NCBI GenBank assembly: GCA_002269645.1
Contig: NIVC01002508.1
Span: 35,923-99,922 of the forward strand
Reading direction: 5' to 3'
DNA length: 64,000 nt
From: Macrostomum lignano
Lineage: Eukaryota
Shown here: positions 1 to 11,734 of the stretch, piece by piece
How the letters are laid out: each line of letters starts with the position of its first letter
Numbering within the stretch: position 1 is the first letter of the stretch
Position numbers and translations under genes: made by a program
The notes under the pieces: model-generated
The model's database searches: none
Told to the model about the DNA's origin: nothing
The model's input: only the letters and a program-made list of their open reading frames with translations

Positions 1-1060
1 TGATCTGCCGGTGGCCTTCGACTTCGATCCCGATCCAGTGTTAGCCATTGATTTGCTGACGACGATGCTGCTTTTCTGCCATTTAGTTTTGCATGCTCTG
101 TTTCTTATTTTCGTAGACGGAAGACGAGCAGCTTCCGAAGCTTCTCTTACGGCAGCTGCCGAAGCTTCTCTTACGGCAGCTTCCGAAGCTTCTCTTACGG
201 CAGCTTCCGAAGCTTCTCTTACGGCAGCTTCCGAAGCTTCTCTTACGGCAGCTTCCGAAGCTTCTCTTACGGCAGCTTCCGAAGCTTCTCTTACGGCAGC
301 TTCCGAAGCTTCTCTTACGGCAGCTTCCGAAGCTTCTCTTACGGCAGCTTCCGAAGCCTCTCTTACCGCAGCTTCCGAAGTCTCGCTTACGGCAGCTTCC
401 GAAGCCTCTTGAATGTCATCATGATCTTGAAACTCTAGAGAAGCGGTTTCGTCACCTGCAGACTCAACATTTTCATTGATCTCGCAGTCGTACGTGCTTT
501 TGCCGAACTCAATTTCGGAAACATTACCAGAATTTATACTAAATTTCGTTGCTTTAACGCACTCTGCTTGAATCTGCTTAGTGCAGGCGATTGAAGCTCG
601 AATGAGGCCTGCCAATGCAGGAGAAGCAAACGACTCTGCTCGCGTTAAATTCTTTAACGCCTTGATGATTAGTCCGTTAGCCATACCATCATCGTTACGC
701 TCAATTACATCTACGCGCTTCCAATGGTGACCTTCAAGCCAGTCTCTGCCAGCCTCAACAGCACGAAGACGGTTCGAATAATCTTGTCTCGCGTCGGACG
801 ATGTCTTTTTTTCAAAAAAACAGCTACGCCATCTACTAACGCCAAAGAAAGGCCTCCACAACTTAGATATTTGATGTCACTCCCAGGAACTGTTGGCAGA
901 TTGGATATTGGATTCTAAAGCATTAACACTCAGATAACGAGCTGCTTCGCGTACGTTGCTAACGTTGACATTTAAACCAACAACTAGATCGACATCAGGG
1001 CAATCGCGCGGCAAGGGCCCCTGAGCTTCGAAAATGACGAACGGATCTTTGACGAAAGCC
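1..1060 (-). pseudogene. Minus-strand reading frame of unknown product running off the window start, with (VREASEAA)n repeats and one in-frame TGA at 877-879
   Basis: Acceptor ...atttcag|GCT at ~1061. Frame reads AFVKDPFVIFEAQGPLPRDCPDV...SSWE*HQISKLWRPFFG...GRDWLEGHHWKRVDV...EASEAAVREASEAA...KATGRS and has no other stop down to position 1. It is absent from the ORF track because it has no terminal stop inside the window. Confidence 0.5.
128..410. repeat. 24-bp tandem repeat gcagcttccgaagcttctcttacg, ~12 copies
   Basis: Read directly; lies inside the minus-strand frame above. Confidence 0.95.
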
Positions 1061-1125
1061 TGAAATCAATTTTAGAGCAAATTTTACTGCACGATACTCA
1101 CTCAGTACAAAAAAACATTGATACT

Positions 1126-1780
1126 ATTGATACTGGTAAAGAAGGCATACTTAAGGTGTCTAGGGCTAGTTTTATTCTAATTAAACAGCTAAAGGAGAGC
1201 TGTTTAAAGGAGAGCTGTTTGCAGAATGGACCTGCACATTATAGTAAACATATGGAAACATGAAAGCATGAAAATATTGTGTTTTCATGTTTAGTACTAT
1301 CTATAGATAGTTTAAAGTAAAGAAGGTATTGATACTGGTAAACAAGGCATACTTAAGGTGTCTAGGGCTAGTTTTATTCTAATCAAGCAGCTAAGGTAAG
1401 AATGGACCTGCACATTATAGTAAACACATGGAAACATGAAAGCATGAAAATATTGTGTTTTCATGTTTAGTACTATATATAGATAGTTTAAAGTAAAGAA
1501 GGTATTGATACTGGTAAACAAGGCATACTTAAGGTGTCTAGGGCTAGTTTTATTCTAATCAAACAGCTAAGGTAAGAATGGACCTGCACAGTATAGTAAA
1601 CACATGGAAACATGAAAGCATGAAAATATTGTGTTTTCATGTTTAGTACTTTATAGATAGTTTAAAGTAAAGAAGCTATTGATACTGGTAAACAAGGCAT
1701 ACTCGAATGGACCTATAAACATATAAAAACATAAAAGCACAAAAATATTGTGTTTTCATGTTTAGTACTAATAGTAGCAG
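1126..1780. repeat. ~175-bp tandem repeat, ~3.5 copies
   Basis: Unit start attgatactggtaaa at 1126, 1328, 1504 and 1678. Confidence 0.9.
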
Positions 1781-2721
1781 TTTACGTGAAAAGAAGGCTA
1801 AGAAAAATGGGGCGTGGTAGGTGCTTCCCGTGTCCTCACTCTTGGATCACTCACAAGTTCATCTCTTTCAACCTGATGGTCACGCATAATACAACTCGTG
1901 TTATGTGAAATGTTTAAACAATATAAGAAGGATAGTTAAGAATTTTTAGTATATGGATGTCAAAAGATTAATTTATTCAAATAAAATAGCTAAAGCTAAG
2001 GCTAAATAAATTGTGGACCTTATTAACTAGATTATGTATTAATATTATTGAAAATATGAAAATTATAATCTAACAGTAGTTTTGTCTTATAGTATTCAAT
2101 GATAGGCCTAAGCGTAGAAAAGGTAGACTTTTGGAAATATAGGAAAAGGGTAAAGTAAGTTTAATAAAATTGTATGCATGGCTTTCATTATATTTCATTA
2201 TGTATATTATTATCAAATAACCTATTGAAATAGGTGTGATATGCCATTCAAGTCTAGAAAGAAAGCAATAATGAAAGAATAGTTTTATAAAAAGGTAATC
2301 AATTCATATTTATTTAGATTTTAGTACTAGGTTTGCTAAAAAGAACATTAAATAATTAAATAATTTTATTCAAATTGTTATTAGTGGCAATATTTTGAGC
2401 TTTGAGATTTGACAAATAAATTTATATAGCTAGCTATAAAGTACAGGAGAGTAATAGCCCTCTTAGCCTAAGAAAGTAAATAAAGGCCTATACAAAGCAT
2501 AACTTTTTTATAAATGTTAAAGTCTAAAACTTAATATGTAACATGTTGGATGGATATATAATATAGTTGAAAGAAAAAATGATATTTGCGTAATGCCAAA
2601 GCTCATGTAAGACTTTGCTTTATACTTAATGTAATAGTAATAGGCATAGATACCTACCGACAAACCATTTTTAGTATTGGGAGGTTGAATGTAAAACTTA
2701 AAATATGTAAAACCTATATAA

Positions 2722-3070
2722 GTGAGGTGGGGATGGAGAAAGAATTTTCCTTCGCTTGGGTTTACTTTGAAATTTGCTGACACCAGTGAGGTGGGGCGGA
2801 TTCCTCGTTTGAATTGCCGCCGACGTTGAGTTCGCACGAGTAAAGCCGGAAAATTCGCGCAGACGAATCACAACGTGATCCTTCTCCTTTTACTCTGACA
2901 GCCGGGTTCTCAAGTCCGGGGGGAGGGTAGTCGTAATCGTAGCGGAGCGGTCGTGTAACGGCGCGGTCGTTCAAAGCGATGAAAACACCGGAGATGCAGA
3001 CACCGTAAATTATGTGTCGATTTGCTGAGCTTGTTACTTTCAGTAGGGTAGAGCTGCCACCACCGTAATT
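2722..3070. repeat. Dispersed repeat, copy A (CpG-rich); copy B at 25543-25883
   Basis: Collinear blocks such as gtgaggtgggg, tttgaattgcc, gggttctcaa(g/t)tccgggggg, ttgttact(t/g)tcagtag and ctgccac are shared in the same orientation. Confidence 0.85.
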
Positions 3071-4476
3071 TACGTATTACGGAACGAATAAGTCTCTGGG
3101 CTTTCTTTGAGCTGAGAAAACTTGGTTATTTAACGCCCCACGGGCAAAAGGCTCAAGATAGGCTATGGCTTAATGTCAACGAATAAAAATATTAATAAAT
3201 TGGCGGGATATTATTATTATTTATTAGCTTGAGCAGGATAAATTGATAAATTACTTATTGACGACGATGAATTCGGCGTGCCGCGGTGCGACGACTATTT
3301 AACTAGACAAGTGAAAATTGACAAACTTAACCAAACTAAAGATAGGCAAGACAAAGGTGAACTAAGCAAACAAAACGAGAGAGCGAGAGAGGGAAGAGGG
3401 AAAGAGGAAACAAGGGAAAACAAAAAAAACCACAAACAAAAAAAACGCACAAAACCCAGAACATAAACACACACACCTATCCCAGCGGAAAAACCAACGT
3501 TGATTCAACGTTGTTGCCCTCCGTTGTCCCTCCGTTGGGCGTGTCTGGAGGAAAATCCGTTGATACAACGGCGGTTTACCAACGGCAGTCCAACTGCGAA
3601 TCAACGCTATTCCAACGGTCAAAATATTGTTAGAGGTGCTGATCCACGTGAAATAAAGTATGAAAAAAGCCAATTTTCGCAATCAAATGTGTCATGTCAC
3701 TCATGTGTCCAAAAACGTTACATTTTAAAGTTGAGACATTTGGCAAAGATCTATATATTTGTCAAATGAAATTACAGCAAAGCAAAAAAATTTCTCGCAT
3801 GCATACGCGTTTAAAGTCTCAGGGTTAGGTATAAGTGTAATCATTGGCAATTATTGCAAACTAAATTACTTGTTTATAGGATGATATGATGGCTTCAACA
3901 ACGTTTTTTATAAATCATTTCTTTATTTTTGAATAATCTAATATACTAAAAATGAAATGCTTGGTTGCTTGCTTGTAATTGATTTTCTCCCGAACGGCTC
4001 AACCGATTTTCTTCAAACTTGCACCATTCGATCAGAAATTTTCCCGGGACGGTACATGCATATTGGCTAAGAAATTGCTCAATGTTAAAGGGATTAAATA
4101 TTCGAAAAACATGATTTTTTGCAAAGGTCAAGCAGCTCTTTCGACCTGAAATGCATTGTAAGAATGCTAGAGAAAAATCTGACTGGTTGAATTCTGATTC
4201 TGAAATAGATTGCATCACAATACACTTTATTTATCGTCTGTGTACTGGCTGAATTTGACACTCAATTGAATTGCGTCACAGCTTTGAGGGTGAAAGTATA
4301 GTGCAGTACTGAATTTATATTACGTAACCATATTGTTAACTTTCATAGACACTGGTACTGACTTGCCTAAGAAATTGATTATGTCATAACTGCTTCGCGT
4401 GACTTTTTACTCTACCTGACTTGGTGTGAGTGTTGAATTAATTATATAAGTGGTACAAATTCACTGATAACTTCGA

Positions 4477-4540
4477 TGAGAGCTAGCCTAGAGCTGAGCA
4501 GACCAGACTGCTAATGCAGCGACCTGGGTTCGAATCTAAG
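4477..4540 (+). ncRNA. tRNA-derived (SINE-like) Pol III head 1
   Basis: A-box-like TAGCCTAGAG at 4484, anticodon-arm-like GACTGCTAAT (as in tRNA-Ser GCU) and B box GGTTCGAATC at ~4527. No complete cloverleaf. Confidence 0.55.
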
Positions 4541-4609
4541 TAGTTTAAAAGTAGTAGTGTAAAATTTTTTATTAAAAGCTTTTATTAAAGGACTAAATAA
4601 AAACACTTA

Positions 4610-6450
4610 GATTACTGCACTCGATAAGCTAAGGATTATTGCTCTTGGCAAACCAAGGAATACTGCACTCGATAAGCCAAGGATTATTGCTCTTGGCAAA
4701 CCAAGGATTACTGCACTCGATAAGCCATGGATTATTGCTATTAATAAACCAAGGATTACTGCACTCGATAAGCCAAGGATTATTGCTATTAATAAACCAT
4801 GAATTACTGCACTCGATAAGCCAAGGATTATTGCTATTAATAAACCAAGGATTACTGCACTCATAAGCCATGGATTATTGCTATTAATAAACCAAGGATT
4901 ACTGCACTCGATAAGCCAAGGATTATTGCTATTAATAAACCAAGGATTACTGCACTCGATAAACCAAGGATTATTGCTATTAATAAACCAAGGATTACTG
5001 CACTCGATAAGCCAAGGACTATTGCTATTAATAAACCAAGGATTACTGCACTCAATAAACCAAGGACTATTGCTCTTGGCAAACCAAGGATTACTGCACT
5101 CGATAAGCCAAGGACTATTGCTCTTGGCAAACCAAGGATTACTGCACTCGATAAGCCATGGATTATTGCTATTATTAAACCAAGGATTACTGCACTCGAT
5201 AAGCCAAGGATTATTGCTATTAATAAACTAAGGATTACTGCACTCGATAAACCAAGGATTATTGCTATTAATAAACCAAGCATTACTGCACTCAATAAAC
5301 CAAGGACTATTGCTATTAATAAACCAAGGATTACTGCACTCAAAAAACCAAGGACTATTGCTCTTGGCAAACCAAGGATTACTGCACTCGATAAGCCAAG
5401 GATTATTGCTATTAATAAACCAAGGATTACTGCACTCGATAAGCCAAGGATTATTGCTATTAATAAACCAAGGATTAATGCACTCGATAAACCAAGGATT
5501 ATTGCTATTAATAAACCAAGGATTACTGCACTCGATAAACCAAGGATTATTGCTATTAATAAACCAAGGATTATGCACTTGGCAAACCAAGGATTACTGC
5601 ACTCGATAAGCCAAGGATTATTGATATTAATAAACCAAGGATTACTGCACTCAATAAACCAAGGACTATTGCTATTAATAAACCAAGGATTACTGCACTC
5701 AATAAACCAAGGACTATTGCTCTTGGCAAACCAAGGATTACTGCACTCGATAAGCCAAGGACTATTGCTCTTGGCAAACCAAGGATTACTGCACTCGATA
5801 AGCCATGGATTATTGCTATTAATAAACCAAGGATTACTGCACTCGATAAGCCAAGGATTATTGCTATTAATAAACCAAGGATTACTGCACTCGATAAACC
5901 AAGGATTATGCACTTGGCAAACCAAGGATTACTGCACTCGATAAGCCAAGGATTATTGCTATTAATAAACCAAGGATTACTGCACTCAATAAACCAAGGA
6001 CTATTGCTATTAATAAACCAAGGATTACTGCACTCAATAAACCAAGGACTATTGCTCTTGGCAAACCAAGGATTACTGCACTCGATAAGCCAAGGACTAT
6101 TGCTCTTGGCAAACCAAGGATTACTGCACTCGATAAGCCATGGATTATTGCTATTAATAAACCAAGGATTACTGCACTCGATAAGCCAAGGATTATTGCT
6201 ATTAATAAACCAAGGATTACTGCACTCGATAAGGCATGGATTATTGCTATTAATAAACCAAGGATTACTGCACTCGATAAGCCAAGGATTATTGCTATTA
6301 ATAAACCATGAATTACTGCACTCGATAAGCCAAGGATTATTGCTATTAATAAACCAAGGATTACTGCACTCGATAAGCCATGGATTATTGCTATTAATAA
6401 ACCAAGGATTACTGCACTCGATAGCCAAGGATTACTGCGCTTGATAAGCT
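4610..6450. repeat. Minisatellite of two related 24-bp monomers (aggattactgcactcgataagcca / aggattattgctattaataaacca), mostly alternating as a 48-bp higher-order unit
   Basis: Read directly; source of the many spurious ORFs at 4607-6444. Confidence 0.95.
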
Positions 6451-6477
6451 TGGCTACATGTATAGGATTATTTCTAT

Positions 6478-6690
6478 CCAGGGATGCTTGCTATTTAGGG
6501 ATTCTTGCTATGTGCAGGATGCTTGCTATCTGGAAGGATGCTTCTACATTATTTGGGGTATGCTTGCTATCTGCAAGATGCTTGCTATCTGCAAGATGCT
6601 TGCTATCTGCAGATGCTTGCTATCTGGGTGGATGCTTGCTAGGAGTATTAGGGGATGCTTGCTACTGGGGGGATGCTTGCTGTCTTGGGA
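6478..6690. repeat. Degenerate ~15-bp repeat (g/a)gatgcttgctat
   Basis: Recurrent gatgcttgct motif. Confidence 0.75.
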
Positions 6691-6723
6691 ATATTTTCTA
6701 TTTAGGGGTAATGACTAAAATTC

Positions 6724-6790
6724 ATGAGAGCTAGCCTAGAGGTAAACAGACTAAACTGCTAAATGCAGGGACGATGGTTCGAATTTTTAG
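6724..6790 (+). ncRNA. tRNA-derived (SINE-like) Pol III head 2, paralogue of 4477-4540
   Basis: atgagagctagcctagag is identical to head 1, followed by actgctaaatgcag and GGTTCGAATT. Confidence 0.5.
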
Positions 6791-6844
6791 AGAGTAGAGT
6801 TTTTTTAATTAAAGCCTTTTAACGCCAAGACAAAAAAAATTATG

Positions 6845-7740
6845 GAAGCGCCATGTAAACAATCATACAAGCGTCATGTAAACAATCATAGAAGCGTCAT
6901 GTAAACAATCATAGAAGCGTCATGTAAAAATCATAGAAGCGTCATGTAAAAATCATAGAAGCGTAATGTAAACAATCATAGAAGCGTCATGTTAAAATCA
7001 TAAAAGCGTCATGTAAACAATCATACAAGCGTCATGTAAACAATCATAGAAGCGTCATGTAAAAAAATCATAGAAGCGTCATGTTAAAATCATAAAAGCG
7101 TCATAAAAAATCATAGAAGCGTCATGCAAGCAATCATAGAAGCGTAATGTAAACAATCATAGAAGCGTCATGTTAAAATCATACAAGCGTCATGTAAACA
7201 ATCATACAAGCGTCATGTAAACAATCATAGAAGCGTCATGTAAAAAAATCATAGAAGCGTCATGTTAAAATCATAGAAGCGTCATGTAAACAATCATAGA
7301 AGCGTCATGTAAACAATCATAGAAGCGTCATGTAAAAATCATAGAAGCGTCATGTAAAAATCATAGAAGCGTCATGTAAACAATCATAAAAGCGTCATGT
7401 AAACAATCATAGAAGCGTCATGTATACAATCATAGAAGCGTCATGTAAACAATCATAGAAGCGTCATGTAAAAAATCATAGAAGCGTCATGTAAAAATCA
7501 TAGAAGCGTCATGTAAAAATCATAGAAGCGTCATGTAAAAATCATAGAAGCGTCATGTAAAAAATCATAGAAGCGTCATGTAAAAATCATAAAAGCGTCA
7601 TGTAAAAAATCATAGAAGCGTCATGTAAACAATCATACAAGCGTCATGTAAACAATCATAGAAGCGTCATGTAAAAATCATACAAGCGTCATGTAAACAA
7701 GCATAGAAGCGTCATGAAAAAATTATAGAAGCCTCATATA
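6845..7740. repeat. 22-23-bp minisatellite gaagcgtcatgtaaa(c)aatcata, ~39 copies
   Basis: Read directly; copy number estimated from array length. Confidence 0.95.
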
Positions 7741-7889
7741 AAAACTAATGAAAGTGTGTCATTTAAAAAATTAAGAAGCATCATGGAAGAATAAAAGAAG
7801 CGTAACGTAAAAATCAAAAGAAGCGTCATGTCAGACATGAAAGAAATGTCATATAAAAATTAAATGAAGCTATAGTACAGTGCTGTGCT

Positions 7890-8840
7890 GGGGAGAATTA
7901 CTGAGACGTCAAGGCTCACAGAGAATAACTGAGATTACAGTGGGGTTTCTGAGATGTTAAAGCAAAAGTCAGAAGCTACTTCAAAGTACATGTACTTTAC
8001 TTAAGTTTTTTATTGCATTCTTTGTTGGCTTGCCACGGTGGGGGGGGCGCTGATAGAAGAAGAGTCATGTAAAAATAAAAGGAGCACTATGTATACATAA
8101 AATAAAAGTCATGTCATAGTTAAAAGATTCATTTGGGAATTGCTACGATGTCAAAGCTTGGAGGGAATCGTTATAGTGCTGTGATTCTTAAAGAAGGAAT
8201 CACTTAAATGCCAAGGCTTAGGGAAGAAGAATTGCTGTGATTTCAAGGCTTTAGGTTGGGTGAAAGTTAGGTTTACGTCAGGTTTGGGTTGAGGGTTAGA
8301 TTTTAGCGCGTTTCAAGGTTAACAGGGGATTTTTTAGATTTCAAGGTTTATGGGGGGCATCGCTGACATGTCAAGGCTTACGAGGGGAATCTATCTATCT
8401 ATCTATAGCTGAGATGTCAAGGCTCACGGGGGAATAAATGAGATGTCAAGGCTAATGTCAGAAGCTACATGTAGTTTATTGGAAAAAAGTTATTACATTA
8501 TTTGTTGGCTCCTCACGGGAGGGATCGCTGATAGAAAAAGCGTAATGTAAAAAAAAAGAAGCTTCATGTCAAAGTTAAGAGATTCATTTGGGAATCCCTA
8601 CGATGTCGAGGCTTGCAGGGAATCGCTATAATGCTGTAGTAGTGCTATAGACTCTTAGAGAGAATTACTGAAATTTCAATGCTTTAGGGTTAGGGTTAGG
8701 GTTAGGGTTAGGGTTAGAAAATAGACAGATTTTTTAAGATTTCAAGGCTTGTGGGAGCATTGCTGAGATGTCAAGGGGGAGTTGATATGTTAAGGCTTGT
8801 GGGGGGGATTGCTGACATGTCAAGGCTTACAAGGGTACTG
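7890..8840. repeat. Degenerate repeats built on gagatgtcaaggctt, with an older internal duplication
   Basis: Motif recurs more than ten times; the 7960-8070 block resembles 8450-8560. Confidence 0.6.
8684..8717 (+). repeat. Interstitial (TTAGGG)5 TTAG telomere-type tract
   Basis: Read directly. Confidence 0.9.
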
Positions 8841-9434
8841 GTAGCGTACTGAAGCATACTGGTAGAAGTAGCTCTGAAAGAAGGCAAGTATGGTTGAATT
8901 TCAATGTCTGTTATAAAATTCTGCACAAACATGTTTTATTGGTACATAAGCCTGGAATTAAAATGAGAATTCGATTCCTAGCCCCCCTCCCTAAGAATTT
9001 TTTTTCATTTAAAAGGATTCGTCCCTTGCTTATTGGCCACCCCGAAGGCCATTTTTTATCAAAAATGATAAAAATAATTTTTATCAAACACGTTGACATA
9101 TACAGGGCTCTAAACTAAAAACTGTAAAAAGTTGATAGTTTTGTTTTACCTAAAATGCGTTATTAACGATCTCCAAAAATTCCTATTTTAAGCTTAAGCT
9201 TAAGAAAAACACTTAAAGTACTCCTGCTAAAAGGTATATTATATTAGACGAATATTAATTATTTCTGCTCCCCGAAGGGGGGCAAAACTTTAGCTAGTAA
9301 CTAACTGACTGTGTCCAATGATTGTACTGCACATAAGCTAAGTAGCTAAATTGACACAACATACGATCAATATCCCATTCTAGCCTGCTGATTATCTCAA
9401 ATTGTACTGCTCACAGGTTATGACTCCAAACCAG

Positions 9435-9830
9435 TCACTCATCACTGTCAGCGTCGTAAATGATAGGGACCTTCTGAACGGAACGTCGAACCTTGGCAGG
9501 CGGAGGGTCTTGCGATGTGCCAACTCTGGCTGCCGACGCCTGGCTGCCTGACTCCGTCGGACCTTGACGTCCACGACTTCGCCCGTCCTTGCCCAGCTTC
9601 AGCGCAGCAATGACTGCAAGCTCTACATCGCGGTCTTTTGGACGCTCAGCAGCATCGCGGTACATTGCCTTCATCGTCCCTAAAAGTATGTCACAAAAAT
9701 ACAATTATTAAACATAACTGATCTAAAACTAATAGGCCGTCTGATTTTAAAACCTATCAATACGTAAATCAAATGAATTAAGAATCAGTATACTCAGTAA
9801 TTAATTTCGATCATTGAATTTAATGTGATA

Positions 9831-9861
<31 letters not shown>

Positions 9862-11428
9862 ATTGAACTTACGTAGAATACTGAGCAAGAACACCGATCG
9901 AAAGGCAAGTTCGGTGTCCCCAAGCTCAGAGCCAGAGAGAGCACCAAGACCCTTTCCGTTATAATTGACAGCGGCCAGCATCTCTGGTGACAGAATTCGC
10001 CTCACCATTCGGCGAATGGTGCTGCCAAGGTCGTCAGCCTTGCAGGGCAGCAGCAGCCGTGTCATCTGCAAGGGTGCCAATAATTTTATCATACATGTAG
10101 ATGGACAGTCACGAAGAAATATGGAATATTAATATGAAATAAAATGTGGAATATGTCAGAGAAAATTATATTTTCCAACTATCGTGAAAGCATGCTGTCG
10201 GAGGCTTTTTGAAATAATAGACTTTGCAAAAACAAACACTAAACTATTGGATGTACATACCCATTCGAGAGCCGGTGGATTTTTGATGAAGTCAATGTAG
10301 TCAGGCCAGGTCGCAATCGGCTTCCATTCTGCATCTGCATCAACTGGACCAAATGTAGTAGCAGCAGCAGCAGCGGCACGCGACATGCACTGCTTCAATT
10401 CTGAGATTGTTGTCATGCAAGCTGATGTCCGACGAAGGGTATGGAGCCCCAGGTAGCACAGTCCGAGAGGCGATGTCAGAGAGACTCCAAGCTTAGCCTC
10501 CATTCTAGCCTTCAGCAAGTCAAGCCCCCCGGTACCGAAGTTCAATGATGCGACGTCAGCTGCAGCTGCATTGAAACGCAAGGCTCCTGGCTGATCCGAA
10601 GGGCTGAGCAACTCAGCCGCACTCTGCTGTGACCTGCACCTGTCGTTCTGTCCATGGTGGGGCAGTGATTTGGGCGTTTCCGGTGGAGCTGTTTCAACCG
10701 CTAGCTGAGCCGATGGGTTTCTTGTCTCCGGCAAAGGCAACAGCGGCAGCGAGCTTGGGCTTTGTTGAACTGCCCTGGCGGAATCCTCAGCTTGGGGTAG
10801 TCTAACCGACCGTGAGAAGCTTGAGGGCGATCGTTGGCAGTCAGACTCGGACTCGGTCTGCAGATTCTGAGAATGATTGCGCGCTACTTATAGTAACGTA
10901 GTTCGTGAGATCGATTGAATAATAATGACTAATGGTTACAAATGGTTAACATCTTTCGAAGTTTTAATACACACTTATAGCAACAAAAACGGTTTGTAGC
11001 TAACCTCCAAAGGAAGGAATCTTTGCCTCCTGCCATCGGGTACTCGTTTGACCAGTCCTAAAAGAGTTTGGATTTTGCAGTGCTTCTCGCGCCTGAACGC
11101 CCGAAGCCAATTTACCGTCCCAGTGGCGTCATAATCGTCGTCAGGGAGAACCTAGCGCAAATGCAAAATTACTTAGTGAAAATCAAAAATACCAAACGAC
11201 CCCCATATACAAGTATGATTATGGGAACATTCAGGGAATAAAGCGTGCAGTTACCTGAAGAATTGTGCAGTCCCATACTTGCTCATTGTAGTATGCCCTT
11301 GCAATAGGCTCGCCAACAAAGTTTCGCCAGTTGTCCAGAGTGAATTTTTGGAAGTTTTCTAAGAGGACTTCAGTCTCGCTCAATTCGACTATTTCTTTGT
11401 CAACGTGAAAGATCACGATAAACTTCAT
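9435..11428 (-). CDS. DUF4806-type (BEN-like DNA-binding) accessory protein of the EnSpm element, 5 exons, 454 aa
   Basis: Exons 11428-11255, 11151-11005, 10866-10261, 10065-9873 and 9679-9435 are all GT-AG with phases 0,0,0,1 and splice into one open frame. C-terminal ADDLGSTIRRMVRRILSPEMLAAVNYNGKG...LAFRSVFLLSILRTM...AVIAALKLGKDGR fits the DUF4806 pattern as recalled. Confidence 0.75.
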
Positions 11429-11734
11429 GGCTGAAATGAGAAATAGAAATACTCTTAATAATGGGAATATGTTGGAAATATATACATGACATGTTTGTGA
11501 CATCAAATAAAGAAATTCATATTGTCTGAAACCAAAATAAAAAAATTGTTTTTCATATTATATGTATATTTGTGTTTATATTTATAAACAAGCTGAACAC
11601 ACAAGGAGACATTTAATGCTACAAATAATGAAAAATGTACACTTGCACACCCTAGGATGACAGTTGCATGAAAAAAGAAATTGCTATATTGACCAAGACT
11701 GACTTAGTACCAGAAGACAATAGTATAATCATAA

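Noticed and set aside
11-412. Plus-strand 133-aa AASEASLT ORF
   Set aside because: Shadow of the 24-bp repeat; the minus frame is open far longer and has a splice acceptor.
4477-4560. Functional tRNA-Ser(GCU) gene
   Set aside because: No acceptor-stem pairing and no long variable arm; only the A/B boxes and anticodon-like loop remain.
4607-6444. Many long ORFs (LGLLIAII, NQGLLHSI, NPWLIECS repeats)
   Set aside because: All are translations of a 24-bp minisatellite in several frames on both strands, with no non-repetitive coding context.
8684-8717. True chromosome end or subtelomere
   Set aside because: Only 5.7 units, embedded within a transposon.
8894-9118. Short ORFs and a hAT-like CAGGGCTCTAAACT terminus at ~9103
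   Set aside because: No inverted partner or TSD found; the ORFs lack recognisable motifs.
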